From the IMG/VR virus record IMGVR_UViG_3300014205_000185, positions 53,994-117,993 of that record: a DNA stretch of 64,000 bases; one strand, 5' to 3'. The position numbers and the translations under genes were made by a program. The stretch comes from a virus. Lineage: Duplodnaviria; Caudoviricetes. Of this stretch, positions 9,334 to 19,770 are shown one piece after another. Below the pieces are notes generated by a model. The model was not told the origin of the DNA. It searched no databases and worked only from the letters and a program-made list of their open reading frames with translations. Within the stretch, counting starts at the first letter, position 1. Each line of letters opens with the position of its first letter.

Positions 9334-12300
9334 CTATGGGCTCACCTGGCTTGCTGTATCGGTGACCTCGACGATCTGAACGGTCGCCTCGTAGAGTCGC
9401 CGCCGGTTACGCACCACGCCACTTGGCACGTTGATGCTAGCGAACCAGCGATTGCCGTCCTCGTCGCGAACGCAGACGTAGGAGACGTCCTCCCAAGCGA
9501 GGTCTCGGAAGGAGACGAAGTCGGCCAACGTCTCTGGCGCGATAGCTGCTGCCTGGACCAGTACCGTCCGCTCGAACTGCTCTCCGCCACGTTCCGTCGG
9601 TCGGAACGCAGTAAAGAAGTTCCGGTCATACATGGGCTGAAGTTGAGTGAAGCTTGCCTCCGGGAAGGTGAATGGTTCAGAGACTTCGCTCTCCCATACC
9701 GAGGAGTACGCCAGGTTCGAGCCACCATTCTGGTGCTCGTTGGTCGTGAAGATCAGTACGTGCGCGTTTTCGAGGCAGCTTCCGCTAACTCCCGGCGCAG
9801 CCATGGTCGTGGTGACGGTATCAGACCAAGGCCCCTCGAATCCGTACGACGACAGCCGCCGGATGCGATAGTACGTCTCGACGCCGACTCTTGCCTCATA
9901 GTCTTTGAAGCTCACAATGTACGGATCGTCGGACAACATGATGGTCTGCCAGTCGGTGATCTCATCGCTACGCTGAAGCTCGTACGTGATCTCATTGATC
10001 TCATTGACTGTATTGAGCTTGAACTCAGTAAGAGTAATGGTGTACGGGATGTTCGAGGCGTTTATAGTGAACCCGACTGCGACGGTGCCGCCAGTGAGAG
10101 GGATACCCGTATCAAAGGTGGCGACAGTCCATTCCTCTGGTTCATTGTTGCGCTGGTTCCATGCTTTTGCGCGTAGTACGCCACCGAGCGCCTGTGCCTT
10201 TAGTCGCCAGCTGGACGACTCAGTGGCATCGTACTGAATGCCCGGCACGTCGATCGCACCCGCCGATATTGTTAACGATGGATTGCGGTCGATATTCACT
10301 GAGCCATAATGAGTACCGGACCCGGGAAGATTTGGCGGCCCTAAAAGCATGTAGAATTTGTAATGCTCACTCGCGGTGTATCGCAGTCTGATCTCGGCGG
10401 TGATGTAGGACGTCGCCGCGAGAGCGGGCACAAGGGCCGGCGCGGTGAATGCGATCTCTACCTCCTGGTCCTTGGAGACCAGACCGCTAATTGGTGAGAC
10501 ACTGCCCTGGGGCGACGCGGAGTAACTGGTGATGAAGGCGCTAGATCCTGTGGTGCTCTGAGTGGCAGTTCCGGTTCCAGTTGCCCAGCTGTAGCCATAG
10601 TTTGTCGAACCGAGGCTACCGGTAACGGCAGGTCCGTCGAACGTGTCATAGATCGTGACAGTATTCGGGCCCCAAGTTAATTGATTGTAGTGAATGGCTG
10701 TTGGTATACCGCACGGATCGATTCCACAATTTTGGCCAATGCCAGTCACGGGCATGCTCATCTGCGTCACCGCAAATCCGGTAACGACAGGCATGTCTGG
10801 TCCGAATATGACCGAGACATCGGCCGATTGGTCCGGTGTCGCTGTCGCGTAATAAGGTCCCCACTGCGGCATCCAGGACTCGTAGACGGAAGCGCCAGAG
10901 ACGGGAGCGCCATAAGTGGCGGAATTTAGGCGCTGAGTCAAAGGCACTTGCGGGAATGCGGAGTTCGGCCCGAAGGGTGAATACACCACATAGATCGCAG
11001 TGCCCGATGCGGCGGGCGCATAGGCGCCAAGCACTTCCCATCTATTGCCCGATGTCTCACCAAAGGCCGACCACCGCCAAGTGGGGTTCAGGCCGGTGCC
11101 CATCTGCGGCGGACTCTCAAAACGAAGGACTATCTCTTTCCAGCCGTCGAGAATCTCGTCGAGCGCATCGAACTCGGCGGGCGTGATCTCAACCTGTTTT
11201 CCAATGCCAGTCAAGCTCGGGCTGTTCAGGCAGTCCACGCGGAGTGGTGCCGTAGTGGCGCCGAAACGGCGGGCATAGAACCGAATCCAGGGCCACGTCT
11301 GCAAGGAGCCAATGACACCATCGTCGATGGTCTGATACACGTAGTTGGTGCTGTAGACCTGGGCCGCCGACTGGCGACCGTAGACGTGACTCTCGGTCAA
11401 GGGGTTGCCACTCGGGGAGTGCAGAGTCAGCTGAGGCAGAAGATCTGTGCTTTCGACGGTGAATGTGCTTCCGATGATCTCCTCGTTCAACGGGAACGGG
11501 ATATTGACCTGAACTGCCTCATGCGACGGGATCTCATATAGCTGTCGTGCCTCGTTGAGGATTGGGTAAGGCTTAGATGTGTTCAGCGCCGACAGGGCGT
11601 CGCCATTGTTCGACTCGCTGAGGGTTACGACATATTCGCCAGACGCAATAGATGGGCTCAACGCTCCGGCCGGGGTTCGAAGGGCGATTGCGTTAGCGCC
11701 CAATACAAACGGACTGCGGGTGTTGAACTCGGACGCGATCGTCGGGCCCATGATGCGGCGAGTGCCGAAAGCCACTCTCCGCTCCTCGCAGTAGAACACC
11801 TCCAGGTACGCTGTATAGATTTGCAGCGTGGCGCCGATGGCAAGCGGAGCGACCGGATAGTAACTGGAATTGATCAGCATGAAGATTCGGTTAGCTGCGG
11901 TTCCCTCAAACCGCTGCAACTCTGTGAACGTCCATTGCTGAATGTTGGGGTTGTACGTGCTAAAGCCGCCGGTCATGCCTAAGGTCGGGTTAGCGTCACC
12001 CAGTCGTGTGCGAACTGTATGTAGTCCGGTCACTGTGGTGCTGTTCGCCAGTGGCGACATCTGGATAATGCCAAAGGTAGAGCCGTCTGGGAAAGACGTC
12101 AGAGTATCGTTCGACAGCCACATGTCTGTCGGGAAGTCGTACCCGTCGGTCGCCTGGCTCTGATCTATGTAGTACGAAACGACGAAGTCGACTCCGAGGA
12201 TCCGCTTGCCGCTGAGCAGGTTAGCGTAGTTGGTGACGGAAAAATGGAATTTGGCGTACTGGTTACTGAATCCGGGATTCCACTGTAGATAGCTGTCGTC

Positions 12301-12663
12301 ACCGCCGTCGAACATGGCTTCAGCCATGCTGGCGGTCTTAGTAAAAGATGGATAGAAGTACGTGTTCGAGTTGCCGGTAACGCTGCCGTTATTGCAGGGG
12401 AGCCGGATGGATCTGACTGGCCCTGACTGCTCTTCTAGGCCCTTGGGATAGATGCTCGCCGTAAACATACGGTTCCGGATGTAGTACTCCGGAAGAGTGT
12501 TCACGTAGAACTTCGCAGTAGGGATCGTCGTAGTCGCGTTTAGAAGAAAGGAATGGCCACGCTCGATAGAGTTGGCGAACGAGTTGAAGACGAGGTCTTC
12601 GTCTCGAATGGGAACCCATTCTTGCCCCAGAATCTGGGGGGCGCGAGGGTTGTATCTACCCAT
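9334..12663 (-). CDS. large minor tail protein (1109 aa)
   Basis: Directly after tape measure; C-terminal FKDYEARVGVETYYRIR distal-tail-like motif. Confidence 0.7.
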   Translation of the reverse strand: MGRYNPRAPQILGQEWVPIRDEDLVFNSFANSIERGHSFLLNATTTIPTAKFYVNTLPEYYIRNRMFTASIYPKGLEEQSGPVRSIRLPCNNGSVTGNSNTYFYPSFTKTASMAEAMFDGGDDSYLQWNPGFSNQYAKFHFSVTNYANLLSGKRILGVDFVVSYYIDQSQATDGYDFPTDMWLSNDTLTSFPDGSTFGIIQMSPLANSTTVTGLHTVRTRLGDANPTLGMTGGFSTYNPNIQQWTFTELQRFEGTAANRIFMLINSSYYPVAPLAIGATLQIYTAYLEVFYCEERRVAFGTRRIMGPTIASEFNTRSPFVLGANAIALRTPAGALSPSIASGEYVVTLSESNNGDALSALNTSKPYPILNEARQLYEIPSHEAVQVNIPFPLNEEIIGSTFTVESTDLLPQLTLHSPSGNPLTESHVYGRQSAAQVYSTNYVYQTIDDGVIGSLQTWPWIRFYARRFGATTAPLRVDCLNSPSLTGIGKQVEITPAEFDALDEILDGWKEIVLRFESPPQMGTGLNPTWRWSAFGETSGNRWEVLGAYAPAASGTAIYVVYSPFGPNSAFPQVPLTQRLNSATYGAPVSGASVYESWMPQWGPYYATATPDQSADVSVIFGPDMPVVTGFAVTQMSMPVTGIGQNCGIDPCGIPTAIHYNQLTWGPNTVTIYDTFDGPAVTGSLGSTNYGYSWATGTGTATQSTTGSSAFITSYSASPQGSVSPISGLVSKDQEVEIAFTAPALVPALAATSYITAEIRLRYTASEHYKFYMLLGPPNLPGSGTHYGSVNIDRNPSLTISAGAIDVPGIQYDATESSSWRLKAQALGGVLRAKAWNQRNNEPEEWTVATFDTGIPLTGGTVAVGFTINASNIPYTITLTEFKLNTVNEINEITYELQRSDEITDWQTIMLSDDPYIVSFKDYEARVGVETYYRIRRLSSYGFEGPWSDTVTTTMAAPGVSGSCLENAHVLIFTTNEHQNGGSNLAYSSVWESEVSEPFTFPEASFTQLQPMYDRNFFTAFRPTERGGEQFERTVLVQAAAIAPETLADFVSFRDLAWEDVSYVCVRDEDGNRWFASINVPSGVVRNRRRLYEATVQIVEVTDTASQVSP

Positions 12664-12682
12664 GTAGTGGCTCCTTTCTTCC

Positions 12683-14737
12683 TTAGACGGGCCAGATCAT
12701 GCTGCGGACGGCGAGGGCGATCTGGCGTTCCTCAATGGTCTTGGCGACCTGTGAAGCGACTGCGCCGCCGGTCATGTTCGCTTGGCTCTGGGTCGCGGGA
12801 GCGCCAGAGAAGTTGACCATGATTGCTCCCGCGCCGAAGCTGATGTTGCTGACCGCCCGGCTGCTGGCGTCCGCCAGGGCCGGAGCCTCCATGTCCATAC
12901 CGGTCGCGACTCGCTCGATGATCTTCTGGCCTGCGATGAGAGGGTCGCCCGAGCCTGATAGCGGTCCAGTCTTGGCCGGCGAGAAGGGCCAGTGGTCCCG
13001 GACTATCTTGGCGGCCCAGTCGACAGCGTCACCGAGCCAGGAGAACTTGCTCTTTATGCCCTCAACAAGCATGTCGACGATCTTCGCGCCAGCCTGATAC
13101 ATGGCGTCCCAGAGGCCCTTTAGCGCCTCTCCGATCTTGCCCGGGATCGACTGGATGAACTCGATCGCCTTATTCCACTCGCCGGTCAGGGCACTGAAGA
13201 TCGCCATACCGATAGTGGAGATGACCTCGAATATGCCCTTCAGGATTGCCCCGATACCTTCGACCAGTCCCTTCAGGAACGTGAAGAGCACCTTGTTGAC
13301 CAGGACGATCATGCTCCATACGAACTGGAAGAACTCCGCGAAGGCGGGGATGAGCCAGTACCGGACAAATTCGGCCGTTGACTCCAGTAGGGCGAAGACG
13401 GCGCCAATCCCTAGGAACAGGAACAGGAAGGCGTAGCCGAGCGCCTGAATGGTGTGAATGAGTCCCTCAAGGGCCGCGGCGCCAAGCTCTGACTTGAAGA
13501 ACTCGGACAAGATCTCGAACTGCTTGGTGATGTCCTCTAGGAACTTGTTCCCGCCGGCCTTGTCCAGCTCCGCCACAAAGTCCTTGATGCCGCCGACGAT
13601 CGCACTGATGGAATCGCCAAGCAGTCCGAGAGTTACCTTGACCCGCTCTAGCCAGGCCAAGAACTCTGGGTCGTTCTTCAGCTCCGAGAGCCATCTACCA
13701 AAGCCGGCCACCGCGGCATTGAACTTCTCGCCGAACCAGTTCATGAACGGCATTACCGTCGTGCCAAGCTCGGCAAATCCGATTAGCAGCGTCTGGAGTG
13801 CGGGCGTGAAGGTCTGAATCCACTTCACGGTGGACGGGATCAGCTCACTGACGAACTTCTGGAAGAACGGGTTGTTGAAGAAGGTAACGACACTTCGAGC
13901 CAGAGTGCCAAGCGCCTCAGCGATCTGACTAATGCCCCCAGTGCCGATGCTCTGGATGCCCTTGATGAAGACGCTTATGCCATCCCCGAAGGACTTGAAG
14001 AAGCCCTCCTGGGCTACCGCGGAGAACTCCTTGAACAGCTCCCTAAGGGGCAGCAGGGACTTGACGAACTCCTGTGCGGCTGGCGTCAGGCCTTCTATTG
14101 CCTTTTGTAGCTCGTCGGCATTCTTCGCCGCGAATGCACCCTGGATAGCGGTCCCTAGTCCCTTGAAGGCTAGGAACAGGACGCCAACTTGGAGAATGAT
14201 CGCGCCGAGCAGCCCCGGCACGATGTAGAGGAGCGCGATCAGCGCCTGTACGCCTTGGATGAGGCCGCCGATGAGCAGAGCGATCTCGCCGACCACGGGA
14301 ATGAGTAACGCGATCAACGGCGAGCGACCAGAAACGTTGAAGCCGGCGCCAACGGCATCACCGATGGCCTGTCCGACCTTCTTGAAGGCTCCGGTGACCT
14401 CTGGACTAAGCGCCTCGTGCTCGGCATCTCGTGCCGCCGTGCGGATCCAGCGCTTGACAACGTTGCCGTCGCGGTCGATTTCCCAGGTAGACCCGGTGAT
14501 ATGGATTCGACGGCTATTGAGGCCGTTCTGAAGCTCGACGGCTAAGTCTGAGCCTCGATGCCTAAGTTCTGGGCCCATGCCATCAGCGATGGCATCTCCC
14601 ATGTCCTTGCCGGTCTTCTTGAGCTGGGCGTCGCCATCTCTACCAATGGCATCCAGCGACTGCTTGACTTCGCGAGGGACGCGGCTGCTGTCGACCGTTA
14701 ATTGAGCAACGAGTTCAGCATCAGGAACGCCTGCCAC
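12683..14737 (-). CDS. tape measure protein
   Basis: Ala/Gly-rich helical, periodic aromatics, C-terminal WPFSPAKTGPLSG motif. Confidence 0.85.
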   Translation of the reverse strand: MAGVPDAELVAQLTVDSSRVPREVKQSLDAIGRDGDAQLKKTGKDMGDAIADGMGPELRHRGSDLAVELQNGLNSRRIHITGSTWEIDRDGNVVKRWIRTAARDAEHEALSPEVTGAFKKVGQAIGDAVGAGFNVSGRSPLIALLIPVVGEIALLIGGLIQGVQALIALLYIVPGLLGAIILQVGVLFLAFKGLGTAIQGAFAAKNADELQKAIEGLTPAAQEFVKSLLPLRELFKEFSAVAQEGFFKSFGDGISVFIKGIQSIGTGGISQIAEALGTLARSVVTFFNNPFFQKFVSELIPSTVKWIQTFTPALQTLLIGFAELGTTVMPFMNWFGEKFNAAVAGFGRWLSELKNDPEFLAWLERVKVTLGLLGDSISAIVGGIKDFVAELDKAGGNKFLEDITKQFEILSEFFKSELGAAALEGLIHTIQALGYAFLFLFLGIGAVFALLESTAEFVRYWLIPAFAEFFQFVWSMIVLVNKVLFTFLKGLVEGIGAILKGIFEVISTIGMAIFSALTGEWNKAIEFIQSIPGKIGEALKGLWDAMYQAGAKIVDMLVEGIKSKFSWLGDAVDWAAKIVRDHWPFSPAKTGPLSGSGDPLIAGQKIIERVATGMDMEAPALADASSRAVSNISFGAGAIMVNFSGAPATQSQANMTGGAVASQVAKTIEERQIALAVRSMIWPV

Positions 14738-14810
14738 AGCAACACCACCCCTCAAGACAAGATGCAGCGGAGTGGGTCAGCAGGGCCAGGCGCCACTCCA
14801 AGCAGTGTAT

Positions 14811-15458
14811 CTACTTGCCGAACGAAAGGAATGCGTCGGCGGTCATTTCCATTTCCTCTGCCTGCGCCTCGGCGCCAGGTGGCGGCATTTCCAGCTTCAT
14901 CGTGAACATGGTCGTGTCCTTCGCCTCCATGAACCGCATCATGAGAAGAAGAACCGAGTCGAGCCAGAGAGATAGCGATACCTTGCTGGCGTCGATTCCC
15001 TTGAAAGCCAATTCAGGTCCCAGGATGTGCCACGACTGTCGAGCTGCCTGGATTAGTCGGATAGCGACCCACCACCGTCGGGCTGCTACCTGCTCGAAGA
15101 GGCTCAAGATTGCCTCATAGAGCTTGTCCGCGCCTACGTGGAGGGCGTTGACCTCGTCTTCCAGTGCGGGCAGGAACTGCATCACGAACCCATCCATGTC
15201 GACCTCAGGCAACATGAAATAGGAGAGCCAGTCGGCCGCGGTGAGAGGCGGCACTTCGAACGAGACGCCCTCGATGATCAGCGTCGTTGACCATGGCCGC
15301 AGGGACCAGATGGGGTCCAGGATCAGGTTCGGGACAGGCGCTCTAGTCGCTGTCTCCGAGGCCGGCGAAGACGGCAACGACGACTGAGACGACGAACGCC
15401 TAGGAACGCTTGACCGGCGGACGCCCACGGCGCACCTTGGGCTTGATGTCCTCGCCAT
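14811..15458 (-). CDS. tail assembly chaperone, downstream part (start uncertain)
   Basis: Immediately before tape measure; overlaps the upstream chaperone ORF. Confidence 0.6.
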   Translation of the reverse strand: MARTSSPRCAVGVRRSSVPRRSSSQSSLPSSPASETATRAPVPNLILDPIWSLRPWSTTLIIEGVSFEVPPLTAADWLSYFMLPEVDMDGFVMQFLPALEDEVNALHVGADKLYEAILSLFEQVAARRWWVAIRLIQAARQSWHILGPELAFKGIDASKVSLSLWLDSVLLLMMRFMEAKDTTMFTMKLEMPPPGAEAQAEEMEMTADAFLSFGK

Positions 15459-15756
15459 CCTCGGTCTTAGTGAAGACCGTGACGAAGGAGATCAGCTCGG
15501 AGAGGTCTACCTCTCCCTCTACGATCATGTCCTCCAGGTACTCCCGGTCCTCGGGCTGGACGATGGCGGTTTGCAGAATCCGGAACATCCGGTCGACGCT
15601 TTCCAGCTTACGAGAGCCCTCTACGTCGTCCCGTTGCAGAATCTTCGACTCTCGGGCTAAGAGCATCATCTGGGCGTCGACAAGCTTGCGGATGACGATA
15701 TTGCGGCCGTGAACGAGGACTATGCGCGTCTCGCGACCTGGGTCAGCTGCATTCAT
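15400..15756 (-). CDS. tail assembly chaperone
   Basis: Size and position; acidic helical with basic C-terminal tail. Confidence 0.6.
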   Translation of the reverse strand: MNAADPGRETRIVLVHGRNIVIRKLVDAQMMLLARESKILQRDDVEGSRKLESVDRMFRILQTAIVQPEDREYLEDMIVEGEVDLSELISFVTVFTKTEDGEDIKPKVRRGRPPVKRS

Positions 15757-15776
15757 ACGGTCGACAATATACGTAC

Positions 15777-16274
15777 CTACAGGTCGTAGTTGATGAGCCG
15801 CATCTTATATTTCCGCGCAGCTAGTCGAAGAGGCTTGATGAGGAACCCTTTGCCCTTCACGCCAGGATGGGAGATGCCGACCTTGTGTGCTGCACCTGGC
15901 ACTTGCGGCATGTAGACAACCTCGCCGGCTTTCCGCCAGAAGAATTTCAACTGCGGTGCGCCAGCACGACCGAAACGGTAGATGTGCGGGGCGCCTTTCG
16001 GGAAGATGTCGTGAATCTTGGCGCCGCTCTCTACGATCTTGGCGTACGACTTCCGGCTACCAACGAATCCGGTGACTATCGTTCCGACCCGGACGGGACC
16101 TTCGGTCTCGATGCTCTTCATCAGGGCGCCAGTTGTATAGGAACCAGTGCCCGGGGCGACGAGGATTCGAGCTTCCCGCTGAACCTCGCGCATGATTCTC
16201 TTGAGCTTCCAGTTGGCGATGAGGGACGCATCCAGCTCTATCTGAACGTGGTGGATGCGGGTCTCGAATGGCAT
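15777..16274 (-). CDS. HK97 gp10-like neck/tail-completion protein
   Basis: TGALMKSI, YAKIVESG, HPG, FL motifs; ATG 16274 overlaps upstream stop. Confidence 0.7.
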   Translation of the reverse strand: MPFETRIHHVQIELDASLIANWKLKRIMREVQREARILVAPGTGSYTTGALMKSIETEGPVRVGTIVTGFVGSRKSYAKIVESGAKIHDIFPKGAPHIYRFGRAGAPQLKFFWRKAGEVVYMPQVPGAAHKVGISHPGVKGKGFLIKPLRLAARKYKMRLINYDL

Positions 16275-16846
16275 TAGCAGTCGCAGTTTGCGATCTGAGC
16301 GGTCAGCTGAAGCGAGCGCTCGACACAGCCGCCTTGAGGCAGGCCCTGATTCTGGCGCTCGATGACGACCGACATGCCTAGGAACAGGCCGCTGTTGGTC
16401 ACGACGAAATCCCGGAAGCAGCAAGCTGTGCGCCGCAGAGTCAGGGCATCGATGACGTTCTGACGAGCCGCGGTGTCCCACTCCAGGCAGCTCGGCGGGA
16501 AGTTCATGTCGCCGACCGGCACGCAGCGGATGAGTCCGATCTGGAAGCTGACACCCCAGGTGGGTGGCGCGCAGCTGGCCGCGGCCTGGCGGACGATGTC
16601 TGCCTCCGGAAAGGAGGTCGACGAGGGGTAGATGTCACCCAAGGAGACATACCCAATGCCCTCACAGCACAGGTCTTGCATGATGCCGCCATCATGGGCG
16701 ACGGTGCTGCCAATCCGGAAGCAGCAGTTCGCTGGCGGATTCGCTGCTCGTGCAGCTTGCTCACACAGGCACGAAAGCAGCTCGTCCATAAGCGTGCCGA
16801 CGAGCGGATCGGCGGTTGACAGCGGAAGCGGGGAGGTCACGGCCAC
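16274..16846 (-). CDS. putative tail terminator / head-tail protein
   Basis: Cys-rich; IGLIRC and PQGGC motifs; synteny. Confidence 0.6.
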   Translation of the reverse strand: MAVTSPLPLSTADPLVGTLMDELLSCLCEQAARAANPPANCCFRIGSTVAHDGGIMQDLCCEGIGYVSLGDIYPSSTSFPEADIVRQAAASCAPPTWGVSFQIGLIRCVPVGDMNFPPSCLEWDTAARQNVIDALTLRRTACCFRDFVVTNSGLFLGMSVVIERQNQGLPQGGCVERSLQLTAQIANCDC

Positions 16847-17634
16847 GTCACCTGTCGTGGGATCTGAAGGTCGGGCGAGTAGTACCGAGTGCGACCCTTG
16901 AGCCCGTATGGGTTGTAGGCCATGATGAGCTGGTCGAGCGCCCAGATGCCGGTAAGGCCGTTCTTCAGAACCTCTGCTATGTCAACGGCCGAGAAGCTGA
17001 CGCCCTGGCGCGCGATATTCTGAATCCGCATGGGCAGAGTGCAGGGCAGACTGAGGCACGCTCGCGCATATTGACACGCGAGGTCAGATGTTGCTGCGGC
17101 AAGGGCTGTCGGGACGGCCTTACCGCGCAGATAGGTGACCGTGAAGGCCTCTGGATCGTTGGGCGCCAGGTTCTGGTCAGAACACAAGGGCCAGCACTCG
17201 GTCGTATCGACGCGGACGAGCCAGACCTGGTCGAGCACGAAGTACGCGCCCGTTGCCGGCAACGTCTCTCCACCAAGCGTCACTGATTCGATGGAGTAGA
17301 CGGGGCCTGGGAGGTACACCTGGCACTCCGGCGCGCAACTCGTGCACGCCGGGCCTTGACCGCACCAGCAGTTGCGCCACTCGCCATTGAAGATGTAGGG
17401 CGTCCAGCCCCCCATACCGTCGTAGTAATAGCCCGTAGGGCAGTCGCTACAGATACGGCCACAGGGGCGCACTGTCAGTTCGCAAAGACCAAACTGACGT
17501 CCAGTGGCGGCCCAGACAATAGTCTTTGCGTAATCAAGCGCCTGTGCTTGCAACTCCGGAGAGAAGTCATCCCAGTTGTCACAGCACATCTGCGTCAGGT
17601 CGGGCCACGTGCAGGGCCCGGATTGAATTGTCAT
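16837..17634 (-). CDS. head-to-tail adaptor
   Basis: WAATGRQFGLC..VRPC, LPGPV, RQGVS, GLTGI..D, NPYGL. Confidence 0.75.
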   Translation of the reverse strand: MTIQSGPCTWPDLTQMCCDNWDDFSPELQAQALDYAKTIVWAATGRQFGLCELTVRPCGRICSDCPTGYYYDGMGGWTPYIFNGEWRNCWCGQGPACTSCAPECQVYLPGPVYSIESVTLGGETLPATGAYFVLDQVWLVRVDTTECWPLCSDQNLAPNDPEAFTVTYLRGKAVPTALAAATSDLACQYARACLSLPCTLPMRIQNIARQGVSFSAVDIAEVLKNGLTGIWALDQLIMAYNPYGLKGRTRYYSPDLQIPRQVTWP

Positions 17635-17711
17635 CGCCCCGGGCCCCCTAACTCTGAACTATTTCCGTTAGCAAATGTTGCTACGTCAATTGTTGCTATA
17701 GCAACTACTTC

Positions 17712-18407
17712 TTAGACGGCCGCGCAGCCACAGCTCGCCGCTGGTGGGTCCAGGCGAGTGATGAACATACGCGCATGCTGCGTAGATGTAATTGGCGTGA
17801 GCATCGGAATCGGATTATCCAATGTTCCGGCCGCATCCGATAGGTCAACGTTGTACGGACCAACGCCCCAGAGCGAGTTGTTCGTGGTCCTTGCGTTAAC
17901 AACAAAGTTGGCGACGCCGTTCTCTAGCGTCATGTCACCGATAGTTCCCTCAACAACAAACGGGAAGAGGAAGTATCCGTACTCCTGACCGCCAGTACAT
18001 AGCGCAGCCGTGCCGGACAACCGCGTCCAGGCCTCCAGGGCAAAGTTGACGCTGGCCGCCGAATCCTGATCGGTAGAGTAACCAATCTTTGTCGCAGCAC
18101 TGTCGTCAGACGTGTAGAGCGGTTCCGCGGCGACGATGTTGACAATGTCTGGATCGACGTTGCAGAAGGTGATGACCAGGTCGATCCACTTAAGAATCGG
18201 CGGGTTGGTCTCCCGGACGCAGAATGTGCCGTCACCGTTCTTGACGAAGAACTCTTCGCGATCCTCATAGTTCTTGGTCATCTCAATCGAGATGATGCCG
18301 TCAGTAACTACCTGAGAGCAGTCGCCAGTGACTACCTGCCCACAAGAGTTGAGTCGGGTCACCCGAACCCGGGGAACCTTGAATGGGGTAAAACAAACAG
18401 CAGTCAT
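17712..18407 (-). CDS. major tail protein
   Basis: RVTRLNSCG, FCNVDPD, FALEAWT, WGVGPYNV. Confidence 0.8.
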   Translation of the reverse strand: MTAVCFTPFKVPRVRVTRLNSCGQVVTGDCSQVVTDGIISIEMTKNYEDREEFFVKNGDGTFCVRETNPPILKWIDLVITFCNVDPDIVNIVAAEPLYTSDDSAATKIGYSTDQDSAASVNFALEAWTRLSGTAALCTGGQEYGYFLFPFVVEGTIGDMTLENGVANFVVNARTTNNSLWGVGPYNVDLSDAAGTLDNPIPMLTPITSTQHARMFITRLDPPAASCGCAAV

Positions 18408-18844
18408 TACGACTCCTCGCCATTCGAAGCGGAGGTGGACGTGACTTTCCGGGGGCGCCCCGGCCCTCGCTTCACGGGGAGTGGAACAAGATCCGGAGTT
18501 TCTTGCACACTCTCTCCAGTAGCAAGAACCGGCACCTCAACAACTTGGAAGGCGCGCTCCTCGGTTTCTAGCCCGACCGGCATCTCCAATGGAGCTTCGG
18601 CCACCTCTTCGATGGCCAGTTCGACCTCAGTCTCGGTCGTTGACGTAGCAACAGGTTCCCGATTTAGCGTGGACTGGTACCAGCGCTCAGCGAGAGCGGC
18701 CTCGGCCAAGATGACCCGGCCGGCGGTGCCATGAGCGACCTCAACGTGATTGGGGCTGTCGGCCATGACGAGAAGCTCTTGAACCACCTGGATCAAAAGC
18801 TCCTCGTCTACGACGATTTCAGTCCAGTCGCGCATCAGAGGCAT
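18407..18844 (-). CDS. acidic hypothetical protein with C-terminal AT-hook-like motif
   Basis: KRGPGRPRK. Confidence 0.6.
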   Translation of the reverse strand: MPLMRDWTEIVVDEELLIQVVQELLVMADSPNHVEVAHGTAGRVILAEAALAERWYQSTLNREPVATSTTETEVELAIEEVAEAPLEMPVGLETEERAFQVVEVPVLATGESVQETPDLVPLPVKRGPGRPRKVTSTSASNGEES

Positions 18845-18848
18845 CGGC

Positions 18849-19709
18849 TCATCGATCCGTCGTATTGAGCGTGACTTCGACAGCGGCCGAATAACAGTCG
18901 AATGACAGGACGTACTCGCGCTCCATGACCATGTTCAGGACGTTGGTAGCGCGATTGATGACCTGACCAAAAGGCGGCACGAACAGTTCCGAGTCCGGCG
19001 TCCGCCAGATGGCAACCTGGCCGGTTATGTAGATCCAGACGTTCGTTCCGCTAGGAACCTGGCCGGTGGGTCCGACTCCGGAGTAGTTACCAAAAGACAC
19101 CGACGTGTGCATCGGCGTCCGCCATACCTCGGAGCCGTAGTTCCCGCTCATCTCCATGGTGTAGGCGCCCATGAGGTACGCCTGCGCAGCAATAGGAGCG
19201 TGGATGACGCCCGGCAGTCCGTATCGGGCGTACAGCCACGACTCCAGCTTGCTGACCGCCTGTACTGGCCCCTGGGCGGTACCGAGGTTGGTAGCGCCGG
19301 CAAGGCTAGGAGACTGACCAAACTCGCCAGTTGAGAAGATGCGCTCGACTACGGCCTGCTCTCCAGCGACGAGCTGTTGGAACAGGTACTTGTTGATCGC
19401 CTCCTGGCCCAGGTTGGCTAGGCCGACCGGCGAGCACTCGATCGACGAATAGACGATGAACGGGTCACCGACGATCGTGTCGATCGGGTTATCCAAGTCC
19501 TTGTCACGAACGCCAACGGGATCTGTGGCGTCCTGGCAGGCGACCTCATAGCCGTCTGGCAGATCGCACGTAGAGAGCTGGTACTGGAGACCACCGCTAC
19601 GGGCATTGATGGGGAGGTCGAGCGGGCCGGTAGCAACGTTAAAGAGCCCGTACCGAGGCAGTACGGGATTAGGGGCCGGTACATAGACCGGACCAGTAAG
19701 TCTCGCCAT
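18849..19709 (-). CDS. capsid pentamer-type protein
   Basis: Follows the major capsid gene; PRYGLFNVA, PFIVY, YITGQV, ERxY resemble the second capsid protein of two-capsid-gene actinophages. Confidence 0.6.
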   Translation of the reverse strand: MARLTGPVYVPAPNPVLPRYGLFNVATGPLDLPINARSGGLQYQLSTCDLPDGYEVACQDATDPVGVRDKDLDNPIDTIVGDPFIVYSSIECSPVGLANLGQEAINKYLFQQLVAGEQAVVERIFSTGEFGQSPSLAGATNLGTAQGPVQAVSKLESWLYARYGLPGVIHAPIAAQAYLMGAYTMEMSGNYGSEVWRTPMHTSVSFGNYSGVGPTGQVPSGTNVWIYITGQVAIWRTPDSELFVPPFGQVINRATNVLNMVMEREYVLSFDCYSAAVEVTLNTTDR

Positions 19710-19732
19710 GACGTCACCTCCTTCCAGGTAGT

Positions 19733-19763
19733 TAGGGGCTGGGCCGAGTGACCCAGCCCCCTA
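19733..19763 (-). terminator. stem-loop after major capsid gene
   Basis: GGGGCTGGG...CCCAGCCCC inverted repeat; no clear U tract. Confidence 0.45.
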
Positions 19764-19770
19764 CGTCCTG

